From Candidatus Omnitrophota bacterium (GTDB taxonomy: Bacteria > Omnitrophota > Gorgyraeia > 1-14-0-20-64-10), in NCBI GenBank assembly GCA_023248155.1, contig JAHFFE010000002.1, forward strand, positions 256,864 to 320,863: a stretch of DNA of 64,000 bases. The letters are read 5' to 3'. The position numbers and the translations under genes were made by a program. Shown here piece after piece: positions 10,986-21,816 of the stretch (position 1 is the first letter of the stretch; every line of letters starts with the position of its first letter). Under the pieces are notes generated by a model. The model was not told the DNA's origin. It worked only from the letters and a program-made list of their open reading frames with translations, and did not search any database.

Positions 10986-11561
10986 ATGGCCAAGCAAAAA
11001 ATCTTGATGATCGATAACTACGACTCGTTCACCTACAACCTCGTGCAGTATCTGGGCGAGTTGGGGCAGGAACTGCTCGTTTATCGCAACGACAAAATCA
11101 CGCTCGAGCAGATCAAGCGGTTGAAACCGCACCGCATCGTGATTTCGCCGGGGCCTGGTTCCCCCAAAGATGCCGGCGTGTCGCGGCAGGTGATCGAACA
11201 ATTGGGGTCGAAAATCCCATTATTGGGCGTCTGTCTGGGGCATCAGTGCATCGGCGAGGTGTTCGGCGGCGTCGTTGAGCGCAACTGGAGATTGATGCAC
11301 GGGAAAACCAGCATGATCCATCACAACAAGCAGGGCGTTTTTCGCGGATTACCTGATCCGTTTGAAGCGACGCGGTATCATTCGCTGGTGGTGCGCCGCA
11401 AAGGGTTTCCGTCCGTGTTGGAAATTACCGCTGAGACAAAAGAAAAAGAAATCATGGGCCTGCGCCATAAAACCTATCCGATTCATGGCGTGCAGTTTCA
11501 CCCGGAATCGATCCTCACAAAATCAGGCATGCAATTGTTAAAGAATTTCCTGAAAGTCTGA
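10986..11561 (+). CDS. trpG: Anthranilate synthase component II (glutamine amidotransferase)
   Basis: [30 protein letters not shown]; trp operon context. Confidence 0.95.
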   Translation: MAKQKILMIDNYDSFTYNLVQYLGELGQELLVYRNDKITLEQIKRLKPHRIVISPGPGSPKDAGVSRQVIEQLGSKIPLLGVCLGHQCIGEVFGGVVERNWRLMHGKTSMIHHNKQGVFRGLPDPFEATRYHSLVVRRKGFPSVLEITAETKEKEIMGLRHKTYPIHGVQFHPESILTKSGMQLLKNFLKV

Positions 11562-12577
11562 TGGCTTCCTCCCTTTTATTGACCGATCAGATCCGCAATG
11601 GCCGTGCGCTCACGGAAGAACAGGCCGAGGCCGCAGTCCGCGCGATCATGTCGGGATCGGTTCCCGCCGAAGAAATACGCGACTGGCTGATGGCCTTAAA
11701 AGCAAAAGGCGAAACCCTTTCTGAAATTGTCGGAAGCGTGCGCGCGCTGCGGGCCTGCGCGGTGCCGTTTCCATTGGGTGATGTTGCGGCAGTCGATACC
11801 TGCGGCACGGGCGGCGACGGACTCAAAACGATTAATCTCTCAACGCTGGCGGCATTAACGGCCGCCGCGGCCGGCGCGCCGGTGGTCAAGCATGGCAACC
11901 GGGCTGTTTCGTCAGCGACCGGTTCGGCCGATTTGCTTGAAGCGCTCGGTGTGGGTGTTGATATCGAACCGGAACGGATGCGCCTTTGTTTTGAGAAAAC
12001 CGGATTCGCATTTTTGTTCGCGCCGCGTTATCACCCGGCGATGAAAATTGTAGCGCCGGTCCGCAAAGAACTGGGTGTTCCGACGCTGTTTAATTTGCTG
12101 GGGCCTCTTTCGAACCCGGCCGGTGTTTTGTATCAGGTGGTCGGCGTGGCGAATCCGGCGAAAATGGATCTCTACGCGCAAGCGCTTCAGCGGCTCGGAA
12201 CACGCCGCGCCTGGGTGGTGCATGCCGCCGATGGTCAGGACGAGTTATCAGTCAGCGGATATACCGAGGTGATTGAAGTGACGCCCGATACGCAAAAACG
12301 GTTTCAGGTGGATCCGTCCGATTATGGATTTCATGTGCAGTCGCTGCGCCAGATTCAGGGCGGTTCTCCGTCGGAGAACGCGCAGATCGCGCTTCGAATG
12401 ATCGGCGGCGAGCAGGGTGCCGTGCGGAATGCGGTTCTGTTGAATGCCGGTGCCGCGCTATTAGTTTGCGGACGCGCTGCTTCTTTACAGCAGGGGATTG
12501 AGCAGGCCGCTGCGGCAATCGATTCGGGTGCGCTGTCCCGCCTGCTTGAGAATATTAAACGGGTGACCCATCTCTAA
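11561..12577 (+). CDS. trpD: Anthranilate phosphoribosyltransferase
   Basis: DTCGTGGDG, KHGNRAVSS, FLFAP.YHPAM, DGQDE. Confidence 0.97.
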   Translation: MASSLLLTDQIRNGRALTEEQAEAAVRAIMSGSVPAEEIRDWLMALKAKGETLSEIVGSVRALRACAVPFPLGDVAAVDTCGTGGDGLKTINLSTLAALTAAAAGAPVVKHGNRAVSSATGSADLLEALGVGVDIEPERMRLCFEKTGFAFLFAPRYHPAMKIVAPVRKELGVPTLFNLLGPLSNPAGVLYQVVGVANPAKMDLYAQALQRLGTRRAWVVHAADGQDELSVSGYTEVIEVTPDTQKRFQVDPSDYGFHVQSLRQIQGGSPSENAQIALRMIGGEQGAVRNAVLLNAGAALLVCGRAASLQQGIEQAAAAIDSGALSRLLENIKRVTHL

Positions 12578-13352
12578 ATTAGCGGAAATTTTGGATTATA
12601 AAAAAATCGAACTGGCCGATACAAAAAAAGCCCGGCCGCTGAATTTGCTCGAGCGGGAACTGAGGAGCCGCCCGCCGGTTCGTTCTTTTCGTGAGGCTGT
12701 TAACCGCCCCGGCTCTCTGCGGTTGATTGCCGAATTTAAACGGACATCGCCGTCAGCCGGTTCGATCCGCCCCGGAGCCGATCCGGTGGAAACGGCCATG
12801 CTTTATGAAAAGTCGGGTGCCGCTGCCGTTTCGGTGCTGACCGACCGGCAATTTTTTTCCGGATCGATCGACGACTTGAAAGCGATCCGCGCGAAAATTA
12901 ATCTGCCGGTTCTGCGCAAAGAATTTATCATCGATGAATATCAATTGGTTGAGGCCTCGGCCGCCGGCGCCGACGCGATTTTGTTGATTGTCGCCGCGCT
13001 GGATCAGCCGCTGTTGAAACGGCTGCATCAGTTGACCGTTGATCTGGGGTTGGACCCGCTGATCGAGGTGCATCAGGAATCGGAACTGGATCGCGCGCTG
13101 GAAGTCGGCGCGCAGTTAATCGGCGTGAATAACCGCGACCTGGCCACTCTGAAAACCGATTTGAAAACCACCGAGCGTTTAATGCGGAAAATTCCGGCCG
13201 GCCCTGTGAAGATTAGTGAGAGCGGCATCCATTCGCGCGACGATGCGCGGTTCGTGCGCGATGCCGGAGCGCAGGCGATCTTAGTCGGCGAATCCATTTT
13301 ATCCGCGCCGGATATGGCGGCCAAAATCAAGGAACTGACCCATGTGGGTTAA
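12570..13352 (+). CDS. trpC: Indole-3-glycerol phosphate synthase (start uncertain: ATC 12570 or TTG 12591)
   Basis: IAEFKRTSPSAG, SVLTD..FF.GS, LRKEFI, GVNNRDL, SESGI. Confidence 0.95.
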   Translation: MSKLAEILDYKKIELADTKKARPLNLLERELRSRPPVRSFREAVNRPGSLRLIAEFKRTSPSAGSIRPGADPVETAMLYEKSGAAAVSVLTDRQFFSGSIDDLKAIRAKINLPVLRKEFIIDEYQLVEASAAGADAILLIVAALDQPLLKRLHQLTVDLGLDPLIEVHQESELDRALEVGAQLIGVNNRDLATLKTDLKTTERLMRKIPAGPVKISESGIHSRDDARFVRDAGAQAILVGESILSAPDMAAKIKELTHVG

Positions 13353-13965
13353 AATCTGCGGCATCACCAACCGTGACGACGCGCTGGCGGCGGTCGAGGC
13401 CGGAGCCGACGCCATTGGATTCGTGCTGGTGCCAACCAGTTCCCGCGCGATGACGCGCCATGCAATCGAAGAAATCCTTAAAGTGCTTCCGCCGATGGTG
13501 CTGACCGTCGGCGTAACGGCCAACGAGAATACCGATTATCTGCACGGACTTCTGCGCGTCTGTTCGTTGGGCGCCGTCCAGTTCCATGGTGAGGAGCCGC
13601 CCGAAACAGTACTGGCGCTGAAAGAGTCGGCGAAACTGATCAAGGCGATCCGCGTGAAAGACGCTCATTCGCTGGAAGCCATTCCGCTTTACCGCGGCGT
13701 CGACGCGATTCTGCTCGATACCTACGACACGCAGCGGATGGGCGGCACCGGTCAGCCGTTTGATTGGAACCTGGCGGTCCGCGCCAAGCAGTATGAAATT
13801 CCGCTGATCATCGCCGGAGGCCTTAATTCACGCAATGTGCAGGAAGTCATCAAGCGCGTCCAACCGCACGGCGTCGATGTCTCCAGCGGCGTCGAAGTTT
13901 CCCCCGGGAAAAAGTCTTTTTCCCTCATCCGCGAGTTTGTCCTCAAGGCCAAAAAAGCGGTATAA
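13342..13965 (+). CDS. trpF: Phosphoribosylanthranilate isomerase
   Basis: VKICGIT, QFHGEE, GGTGQPFDW, AGGL, VDVSSGVE. Confidence 0.97.
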   Translation: MWVKICGITNRDDALAAVEAGADAIGFVLVPTSSRAMTRHAIEEILKVLPPMVLTVGVTANENTDYLHGLLRVCSLGAVQFHGEEPPETVLALKESAKLIKAIRVKDAHSLEAIPLYRGVDAILLDTYDTQRMGGTGQPFDWNLAVRAKQYEIPLIIAGGLNSRNVQEVIKRVQPHGVDVSSGVEVSPGKKSFSLIREFVLKAKKAV

Positions 13966-13966
13966 T
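13937..13966 (+). promoter_or_regulatory. Putative internal sigma70 promoter for htpX (possibly leaderless)
   Basis: TTGTCC (13937-42), 18-nt spacer, TATAAT (13961-66), ATG 6 nt downstream. Confidence 0.45.
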
Positions 13967-13972
13967 GAAGGT

Positions 13973-14833
13973 ATGAGTACCTTCAAAACAGCATTTTTGC
14001 TGACGCTTTTAACCCTCTTTTTTATCGCCATCGGCGGCGCGCTGGGCGGCCGCCAAGGCATGCAGATGGCGTTTATCTTCGCGATGGCGACCAACCTGTT
14101 TGCCTACTGGTTTTCCGACAAGATTGTTTTGAAGATGTACCGCGCCCGTCCCGTGACCGAATCGGAAGCTCCCGAACTGGTGCGCACGGTCCGCCGGCTG
14201 GCACAATTGGGCGACATGCCGATGCCGAAAGTTTATATTATCCCGACGGAAACACCCAATGCGTTTGCGACGGGCCGCTCGCCGAACCACGCCGCTGTGG
14301 CAGCCACCGAAGGGATTTTAAAAATTCTGAATGCCGAGGAACTGGAAGGCGTATTGGCGCATGAACTTTCGCATGTGAAAAATCGCGATGTGTTAATCGG
14401 TACGATTGCCGCCGCGCTGGCCGGCGCTATTTATATGGTGATCAATATGGCGCGCTGGAGCATGATGTTCGGCGGCCGCAGCGACGACCGCGACCGGAAT
14501 TCCGGCCCCGCGCAGATAGTGGTTTTTCTAATCATTTCAATTATCGGACCGCTGCTGGCGGCGATGATCCAGATGGCGATCTCCCGTTCACGCGAATACC
14601 AGGCCGATGATTCCGGCGCGCGGCTTTGCCGCAAACCGCTGGCGCTGGCCTCGGCGCTGGAGAAGATTCATTCGATTTCCGCCCGTGTCCCGATGGGAAA
14701 TGCCAATCCGGCCACGGCGCATCTATTTATCATCAACCCGTTATCAGGCCGGGATTTGATGAACCTGTTCAGCACGCACCCTCCGGTCGAGCGCCGGGTG
14801 GAAGCGCTTCAGAAGCTGGCCCGCGAGCTATAA
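13973..14833 (+). CDS. htpX: Zinc metalloprotease HtpX (M48)
   Basis: [32 protein letters not shown]; start ATG 13973. Confidence 0.96.
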   Translation: MSTFKTAFLLTLLTLFFIAIGGALGGRQGMQMAFIFAMATNLFAYWFSDKIVLKMYRARPVTESEAPELVRTVRRLAQLGDMPMPKVYIIPTETPNAFATGRSPNHAAVAATEGILKILNAEELEGVLAHELSHVKNRDVLIGTIAAALAGAIYMVINMARWSMMFGGRSDDRDRNSGPAQIVVFLIISIIGPLLAAMIQMAISRSREYQADDSGARLCRKPLALASALEKIHSISARVPMGNANPATAHLFIINPLSGRDLMNLFSTHPPVERRVEALQKLAREL

Positions 14834-14835
14834 CC

Positions 14836-16032
14836 ATGCCATCGCTACCCGATATGCAGGGCCATTTCGGCCCATTTGGGGGGAAGTTTGTTCCCGAAAC
14901 GCTGATGGGTTGTCTCACGGAGCTGGAAAAAGCTTACCGCGACGCCCGTCGTGATCCCGCGTTTCGCCGCGAGCTGACCCACTATTTAAATTCTTACGCG
15001 GGCCGCCCCACGCCGCTTTATCATGCTGAACGGTTGAGTAAAAAGATCGGGCGCGGGGTCCGTGTTTTCTTAAAGCGCGAAGATCTTTTGCATACCGGTG
15101 CCCATAAAATCAACAACACGATCGGGCAGGGCCTTCTGGCCAAGCGGATGGGCAAGCCGCGCGTGATTGCCGAAACCGGCGCCGGACAGCATGGCGTGGC
15201 AACGGCAACGGTGGCCGCGCTTTTGGGAATGCGCTGTGATGTGTATATGGGCGAACTCGACACCGTGCGCCAGCGTCTGAATGTGTTCCGTATGAAAATG
15301 CTGGGCGCGCGCGTGGTTCCGGTGACCAGCGGTTCCAAAACATTGAAAGATGCCTGCAATGAGGCGATCCGCGACTGGGTCACGAATGTCCGCGACACGC
15401 ATTATATTTTGGGATCGGTCGTCGGACCGCATCCGTATCCGATGATGGTGCGCGATTTTCAGTCGGTGATCGGCCGCGAGGCGCGACGGCAGATAAAAAC
15501 CGAGACCGGCCGTCTGCCGGATGTGGTGATGGCGTGCGTCGGCGGCGGCTCCAACGCGATGGGCAGTTTTTATCCGTTCTACCGCGACCGGTCGGTGAAA
15601 TTAATCGGCGTCGAGGCCGCGGGCAAGGGACTCAATACGCCTTATTACGCCGCCACGCTGGTGAAGGGGACCGTCGGTGTTTTGCACGGCGCCAAATCGT
15701 ATTTGCTGCAGGACAAGAACGGCCAGGTGATGGAAACCCATTCGATATCGGCCGGGCTGGATTATCCGGGTGTGGGCCCCGAACATTCGTATTACCGGCT
15801 TTCGGGCCGCGCGCAGTATGTCGCGGTGACCGATTCCGACGCGCTCGACGGTTTTAAATTGCTGGCCGAGACCGAAGGAATTTTGCCGGCGCTGGAAACT
15901 TCGCACGCGCTCGCTTATCTTTACAAGGCGCGCGCGCAGTTGAAGCGCGGATCGACCGTTGTCCTTTGTTTGTCGGGCCGCGGCGATAAAGATGTTGAAA
16001 CCATTTCGCGCGTACTGGAAAAATCGCGGTGA
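14836..16032 (+). CDS. trpB: Tryptophan synthase beta chain
   Basis: [37 protein letters not shown]; start ATG 14836. Confidence 0.98.
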   Translation: MPSLPDMQGHFGPFGGKFVPETLMGCLTELEKAYRDARRDPAFRRELTHYLNSYAGRPTPLYHAERLSKKIGRGVRVFLKREDLLHTGAHKINNTIGQGLLAKRMGKPRVIAETGAGQHGVATATVAALLGMRCDVYMGELDTVRQRLNVFRMKMLGARVVPVTSGSKTLKDACNEAIRDWVTNVRDTHYILGSVVGPHPYPMMVRDFQSVIGREARRQIKTETGRLPDVVMACVGGGSNAMGSFYPFYRDRSVKLIGVEAAGKGLNTPYYAATLVKGTVGVLHGAKSYLLQDKNGQVMETHSISAGLDYPGVGPEHSYYRLSGRAQYVAVTDSDALDGFKLLAETEGILPALETSHALAYLYKARAQLKRGSTVVLCLSGRGDKDVETISRVLEKSR

Positions 16033-16823
16033 GCCGTATCTCCGGAATGTTCGCGCAGCTGCGGCGGCGCAAAGAAAAAGCATTAATCGTTTATCTGACG
16101 GTCGGTTTTCCGTCGATGAAGATGCTTCCTTCTTTGGTGAAGGCGGCCGTGGAAGGCGGCGCTGATTTAATCGAGCTGGGTGTTCCGTTCTCCGATCCTT
16201 TGGCCGATGGTCCGACGATCCAGATGGCCTCTCAGAAAGCGCTGGAGAACGGCATCACGGTGCCGAAAATTTTTGAGGCCGTAAAACAACTGCGCCGGTC
16301 CGGCATTAAAATTCCGCTGGTGCTGATGACTTATGCCAATCCGGTTTTTCAGTATGGGCTGGCACAGTTTTGTAAAAAAGCGGCCTCCGTTGGCGTTGAC
16401 GGTTTGATTATTCCTGATCTTCCTCCGGAAGAAGCGGGTGAGTTGCTGCCGTTGGCGCGGGCCGCCCGTCTTGATACGATTTTTTTGACTGCGCCGACCA
16501 GTTCTCCGGAACGGATCCGTAAAATTATTCGGGTATCGACCGGTTTTGTTTATTCGGTCAGTCTGACCGGCGTCACCGGAACGCGCAATGAACTGCCTTC
16601 CGATCTGGTGGCGCAGGCGCGGCGGATCAAAAAGTTATCCCGCGTTCCGGTTTGCGTCGGCTTTGGCATCTCACGGCCCGATCAGGTGCGCCATGTGGCG
16701 TCCGTCGCCGATGGTGTCATTGTCGGTTCCGCGCTGATCCAGACGATCTCTAAAGCGGGTTCTGCTAACGCGCCCCAAGCCGTGGTCCGGTTTTTGAAAG
16801 GATTGAAACAGGCGTGCCGGTAA
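16029..16823 (+). CDS. trpA: Tryptophan synthase alpha chain
   Basis: [34 protein letters not shown]. Confidence 0.98.
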   Translation: MSRISGMFAQLRRRKEKALIVYLTVGFPSMKMLPSLVKAAVEGGADLIELGVPFSDPLADGPTIQMASQKALENGITVPKIFEAVKQLRRSGIKIPLVLMTYANPVFQYGLAQFCKKAASVGVDGLIIPDLPPEEAGELLPLARAARLDTIFLTAPTSSPERIRKIIRVSTGFVYSVSLTGVTGTRNELPSDLVAQARRIKKLSRVPVCVGFGISRPDQVRHVASVADGVIVGSALIQTISKAGSANAPQAVVRFLKGLKQACR

Positions 16824-17866
16824 AATCCAATTTGTGGGTGATGATCATGGCCGGTGGAAGCGGCGAACGGCTCTGGCCGTTGTCGCGCCGCAATAGCCCT
16901 AAGCAGACGCTGAAACTCGGCTATAAAAAATCATTGCTTCAAGCGACCGCGCAGCGGCTCAAACCGCTGGTTCCCGCCCGGAGGATGGTAGTTGTAACGA
17001 CGCGGCCGCAGGCGGCCGTGATCCGCAAACAGCTGCCGGAAATTTCATCCGCCCATTTTCTCGTCGAGCCGGCCGCGCGCAATACGGCGGCCGCAATCGC
17101 GCTGGGGACGGCGGCCATTTTGCGCGAAGATCCGGAAGCGGTCATTTTGGTGCTGCCGGCCGATCATGTGATCAGTCCCGATTCAAAATTTCATGCGGTG
17201 GTCCGCAGGGCGGCAGCGGTCGCCGCCCAGAAAGAAGGGCTGGTTTGTTTGGGCATCGCTCCGACTTATCCGGCCACCGGATACGGATACATCGAACCGA
17301 AGGGCGGCAAAGTTGCCCCGGGCGCTTACCGCGTGAAGCGGTTTATCGAGAAGCCGAATCTGTCAGCCGCCAAAAAACTGATCCGGAAAAAAGGGATGGC
17401 GTGGAACGGCGGCATTTTCTGCTGGAAAGGCCGCGTCGTCATGAATGAAATCAATCGCTATTTGCCGGCGTTGTCCCGCTTACAGGACGGAAAACAATTG
17501 GAATCTGTTTACAAGAAACTGCCCAGCGTTTCGATCGATGTGGGTGTGATGGAACGCGCGCGGAATGTTTGGATGATTCCAGCCGATTTTAAATGGAATG
17601 ATGTCGGCTCCTGGAGCAGTGTTGGAGCGCTGCATCTGTGTGATACGGCCGGTAATGTGGCTCTCGGCGCGCATCTCGGGATTGAAACAAGCGGAACGGT
17701 GATCATTACCGATGCGTCGCACCTGGTCGCGACGATCGGCGTGAAAGATTTGATCGTGGTGCGTACGTCCGATGCCACGCTGGTTTGCCACAAAGACCAC
17801 GCGCAGTCGGTCAAAAAAGTCGTGGCTGCGCTGGCCGCGCACCCTCACCGGAGGAAATTGCTGTGA
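16814..17866 (+). CDS. manC: Mannose-1-phosphate guanylyltransferase
   Basis: IMAGGSGERLWPLSR..PKQ, EP..RNTA, PADH, TGYGYI, WNDVGSW. Confidence 0.92.
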   Translation: MPVKSNLWVMIMAGGSGERLWPLSRRNSPKQTLKLGYKKSLLQATAQRLKPLVPARRMVVVTTRPQAAVIRKQLPEISSAHFLVEPAARNTAAAIALGTAAILREDPEAVILVLPADHVISPDSKFHAVVRRAAAVAAQKEGLVCLGIAPTYPATGYGYIEPKGGKVAPGAYRVKRFIEKPNLSAAKKLIRKKGMAWNGGIFCWKGRVVMNEINRYLPALSRLQDGKQLESVYKKLPSVSIDVGVMERARNVWMIPADFKWNDVGSWSSVGALHLCDTAGNVALGAHLGIETSGTVIITDASHLVATIGVKDLIVVRTSDATLVCHKDHAQSVKKVVAALAAHPHRRKLL

Positions 17867-18576
17867 CCCCATTACCGATTTTGGTGGCGCCGTCGATCCT
17901 GGCGGCTGATTTCGGCCATCTGGCCGATGAAACGAAACGGATGGAATTAGCCGGCGCCGACTGGATTCATGTCGATGTGATGGACGGGCATTTTGTTCCG
18001 AATTTAACGCTGGGGCCGCAGGTGGTGCAGTCGCTGCGCCCCGCGACGACGCTGACGATCGATGTCCATCTGATGATCGACAATCCTCAGCAGTATATTC
18101 CGGAATTTATTAAGGCCGGCGCCAACCGCGTCACTTTTCACGCGGAGGCTGTTTCCGATCCGCTTGCCGTGGTGCGGCAAATCCATTCGCTGGGCGCATT
18201 GGCCGGCATCGCGCTGCGTCCGCAAACGGCGTTGGAACTGCTTAAACCGGCGCTGACTGAACTGGACCTGGCGCTGATGATGACCGTCAATCCCGGGTTC
18301 GGCGGCCAGGTGTTCATGCCCGAAGTCCTTCCCAAAATTGAGACGCTGCGCAGAATTTTCTCAGGGCATATTCAGGTCGATGGAGGCATTAATCACGCGA
18401 CGGCGGCTTCCACTGCCGCGGCCGGGGCCGATGTAATGGTCGCCGGCACTTATATATTCCGGGCTGTTGATCCGAAGCAGGCCGTTTTATCACTGCGCGG
18501 GAAAGCGCCCGCGCCGGAAATGAAGAAATCATCCGATTCATCCACTCAATCCAATAACAAGGGGTATACGGCGTGA
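17863..18576 (+). CDS. rpe: Ribulose-phosphate 3-epimerase
   Basis: APSILAADF, HVDVMDGHFVPN, MTVNPGFGGQ, VDGGI; start GTG 17863 overlapping the manC stop. Confidence 0.97.
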   Translation: MTPLPILVAPSILAADFGHLADETKRMELAGADWIHVDVMDGHFVPNLTLGPQVVQSLRPATTLTIDVHLMIDNPQQYIPEFIKAGANRVTFHAEAVSDPLAVVRQIHSLGALAGIALRPQTALELLKPALTELDLALMMTVNPGFGGQVFMPEVLPKIETLRRIFSGHIQVDGGINHATAASTAAAGADVMVAGTYIFRAVDPKQAVLSLRGKAPAPEMKKSSDSSTQSNNKGYTA

Positions 18577-20021
18577 AACAGGTGATTGATGTTCAGATAA
18601 AATTCGGGACTGATGGCTGGCGTTCGCTGGTGGCGGAAGATTTTACGTTCGCCAATGTGCGTGCCGTCACGCAGGCGATCGCCCAGTATCTGATCGCGCA
18701 TCCGGCCAAGGGCCGCGCGCGCAAAGTGTTGGTTGGCTATGACACCCGTCCGCTCGGCGATAAATTCGCCGTCGCTGTCGCAGAAGTATTTGCCGGGAAT
18801 GGATTCCAGGTATTGTTAACCGAAACACCGATGCCGACGCCGGCCGTCAGTTTTTCGATCCGCGAATTCAAACTGCAGGGCGGCATCGTGGTAACGGCCA
18901 GCCATAATCCGTTTACCTACAACGGCATCAAATTCAAACCGTATTACGCGGGCCCGTCGGAACCGGAAATGACTTCCTGGATCGAACAGCGGTTATTCAC
19001 AAAACCGGTTCGCCGTATTCCGCTGGAGCAGGCGCTGGCTTCCGGCAAGATCAAGAAAATCGATCTGGCACAAATTTATTTGAAATTTTTGCGCGGCTAT
19101 GCCGACTGGAACCGCATTCGCAACCGGCAGTTTACGGTGGCCTATGAATCGATGCACGGCGCGGGGCAGGATCTGCTGCAGCGCGTGGTGGCCGGAACGA
19201 AAATCAAGGTGATCGCGGTCGAGCATCCAAAATATGTTCCGAGTTCTCACCGGCCGGAACCGGTGGGCGAACATTTGAAAGCGTTATCGCGCACTGTGCG
19301 TGAAAAGAAATGCGATGTTGGAATGGCCACCGACGGTGATGCCGACCGGCTCGGGTTGGTCGGCCCCGACGGGCAGTTTGTCAGCGCGCAGGAGACGATG
19401 GCGCTGCTGCTCTGGCATTTATTGGAAGACCGCCGCTGGAAAGGCAGGGTGGTTTCAACGGTTTCCAGTACGAATATGCTGGACGCGATGACCGCGCATT
19501 ACGGTGCGGAGTTCATCCGAACGCCGGTCGGGTTCAAGCATATCGCGCGCTTGATTCGCGAAGGCGGCGTATTGTTCGGCGGCGAAGAATCGGGCGGATT
19601 CGGGTTCAAGGGGTGCGTGCCGGAACGCGACGGACTGCTGGCCGGCCTGCTGATTCTTGAAATGATCGCGTACCGCAAACAAAGCCTCTCGGTCATTCTC
19701 AAAGCAATGCGCCGGCGGTTCGGGCATTGGTATTTCCACCGCGCCGACATTGAACTGGAAAAGACACTGCCGTCCGCTGTACTGCAGAATTGGGCAAAAT
19801 CGGGCGGCGCGCGAAAACTATCCGACGGTAAATTGAATCCCTGCGTAAATGTGGTTACCGCCGACGGCGTAAAAGTGATTTTCAAGGATAAAAGCTGGCT
19901 GCTGTTCCGTCCCTCGGGCACCGAACCGCTGCTGCGCGTTTACGGCGAAGCGCGATCTTCCGCGCAATTAAAACGGCTGCTGTCGATCGGACAGAAGGCC
20001 GGACTGGCGATGGTGAAATAA
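18573..20021 (+). CDS. Phosphoglucomutase/phosphomannomutase family protein
   Basis: FGTDGWR, TASHNP, DGDADR, GEESGG, RPSGTEP. Confidence 0.95.
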   Translation: MKQVIDVQIKFGTDGWRSLVAEDFTFANVRAVTQAIAQYLIAHPAKGRARKVLVGYDTRPLGDKFAVAVAEVFAGNGFQVLLTETPMPTPAVSFSIREFKLQGGIVVTASHNPFTYNGIKFKPYYAGPSEPEMTSWIEQRLFTKPVRRIPLEQALASGKIKKIDLAQIYLKFLRGYADWNRIRNRQFTVAYESMHGAGQDLLQRVVAGTKIKVIAVEHPKYVPSSHRPEPVGEHLKALSRTVREKKCDVGMATDGDADRLGLVGPDGQFVSAQETMALLLWHLLEDRRWKGRVVSTVSSTNMLDAMTAHYGAEFIRTPVGFKHIARLIREGGVLFGGEESGGFGFKGCVPERDGLLAGLLILEMIAYRKQSLSVILKAMRRRFGHWYFHRADIELEKTLPSAVLQNWAKSGGARKLSDGKLNPCVNVVTADGVKVIFKDKSWLLFRPSGTEPLLRVYGEARSSAQLKRLLSIGQKAGLAMVK

Positions 20022-20025
20022 CCGA

Positions 20026-21816
20026 GTGGATCAATCTCTTGTCCGCAATCTGTGCATCATCGCGCATATCGATCATGGCAAGTCAACGCTGGCCGACCGG
20101 TTGCTGCTGCGCACCGGCGCCATCACGCAGCGCGAGTTCCGCGAACAGCTGCTCGATGACATGGATCTGGAGCGGGAGCGCGGCATCACGATCAAAGCGT
20201 CGGCCGTCCGGATGCACTACACCGCCAAAGACGGGAAAACCTACCTGCTCAACCTGATCGATACGCCGGGCCATGTCGATTTTTCTTATGAAGTGGCCAA
20301 ATCGCTGCGCGCCTGTGAAGGGGCGCTGCTGCTCGTCGACGCGGCGCAGGGCGTGGAAGCGCAAACCGTCGCCAACTTATACCAGGCCAAGGAAGTCGGG
20401 CTGACCATCATTCCAGTCATCAATAAAATTGATTTGCCGACCGCGCAGACCGAACAGGTGAGAGAAGACCTCAAGCTCAGTCTGGATATTTCCTCCGAGC
20501 CGGTGCTGGCCAGCGCGAAGGAAGGCCTCGGCGTTGATGAACTGCTGGAACGGATCGTTCGCGATATTCCTCCGCCGGAAGGTTTGTTTGAAGATCCTCT
20601 GCAGGCGCTTGTGTTCGACTCGGCATTTGATGCCTACCGCGGCGTCGTGATCTATCTGCGCCTGTTCAACGGTTCGCTCAAGTCGGGCGACAAAATCAAA
20701 CTGATGAGTACGAAAGACGAATTCGAAGTGCAGGAAGTCGGCATCTTCGCGCCCAAAGCGCAGAAACGGGAACTGCTCTCCTGCGGTGAAGTCGGCTACA
20801 TCACCTGCAACATCAAAGATCCGCGCCAGGTCCGCGCCGGCGAGACGATCACGCATGTGCTTCGCCCCACCGACAAAGCGCTGCCCGGTTATCGTCCGGC
20901 GCGCCCGCTGGTTTTCTCGGGAATTTTTCCGGTGAACCCGGCCGATTTTGAACTGCTGCGCGACTGCATTCCCAAACTGCAGTTGTCCGACGCGTCGCTT
21001 GAAGCCCAAATCGAGAATTCCAGTTCGTTCGGCATGGGTTACCGCTGCGGATTTTTGGGTCTGCTGCATATGGAGATTGTGCAGGAACGGCTCGAACGGG
21101 AATTCGGTTTGAATTTAATTGCCACCACGCCCAGCGTCGTCTACCGCGTTGTTATGAATAACGGTGAAACGCTTGATGTGGAAAACCCCACCAAACTGCC
21201 GGATGCCGGATCTATCCGCGGAATGGAAGAGCCGTTCATCAAGGCGTTTCTGATTGCGCCGGCCTTGAGTATGGGCACCGTGATGCAGATGGCCACGGCC
21301 AAGCGCGGTATTTATATATCGACCGAATACCTCGGCAAAAACCGCGCGATGCTGGTCTATGAAATCCCGCTTTCGGAAGTGCTGGTTGATTTTCATGACA
21401 AACTCAAATCGGCTACCAAAGGTTACGGCTCGATGGATTATGAATTGATCGGATACCGGCCGGCTGATCTGGTGAAGCTGGACATTTTATTTAATGGTGA
21501 GCCATGCGAACCGCTGGCCACCATTGTTCCGCGCGAGCAGGCCTACCAAAAAGGCAAAGAGCTGGCCTCGAAACTGAAAGAGGTTATTCCGCAGCAGATG
21601 TTTGAAATCGCGATTCAGGCGGCGATCGGGGCGCGCGTGATCTCGCGTGAAACGGTTCGCGCGCAGGGAAAAAATGTGACGGCCAAATGCTATGGCGGCG
21701 ACATCAGCCGAAAACGAAAACTGCTGGAGAAGCAGAAAGAAGGAAAGAAACGGCTGAAGATGTTCGGCAAGGTGCAGCTGCCGCAGGAAGCATTCATGGC
21801 GGTGCTCAAAGTATGA
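20026..21816 (+). CDS. lepA: Translation elongation factor 4
   Basis: IIAHIDHGKSTLADR, IDTPGHVDF, GFLGLLHMEIVQERLERE, KCYGGDISRK. Confidence 0.98.
   Translation: MDQSLVRNLCIIAHIDHGKSTLADRLLLRTGAITQREFREQLLDDMDLERERGITIKASAVRMHYTAKDGKTYLLNLIDTPGHVDFSYEVAKSLRACEGALLLVDAAQGVEAQTVANLYQAKEVGLTIIPVINKIDLPTAQTEQVREDLKLSLDISSEPVLASAKEGLGVDELLERIVRDIPPPEGLFEDPLQALVFDSAFDAYRGVVIYLRLFNGSLKSGDKIKLMSTKDEFEVQEVGIFAPKAQKRELLSCGEVGYITCNIKDPRQVRAGETITHVLRPTDKALPGYRPARPLVFSGIFPVNPADFELLRDCIPKLQLSDASLEAQIENSSSFGMGYRCGFLGLLHMEIVQERLEREFGLNLIATTPSVVYRVVMNNGETLDVENPTKLPDAGSIRGMEEPFIKAFLIAPALSMGTVMQMATAKRGIYISTEYLGKNRAMLVYEIPLSEVLVDFHDKLKSATKGYGSMDYELIGYRPADLVKLDILFNGEPCEPLATIVPREQAYQKGKELASKLKEVIPQQMFEIAIQAAIGARVISRETVRAQGKNVTAKCYGGDISRKRKLLEKQKEGKKRLKMFGKVQLPQEAFMAVLKV

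Noticed and set aside
10167-11201. Long minus-strand ORFs (e.g. 344 aa here; also 455-1240, 48168-49028, 55022-55801, 59442-60224)
   Set aside because: Antisense shadows of well-supported + strand genes, with no recognisable motifs.
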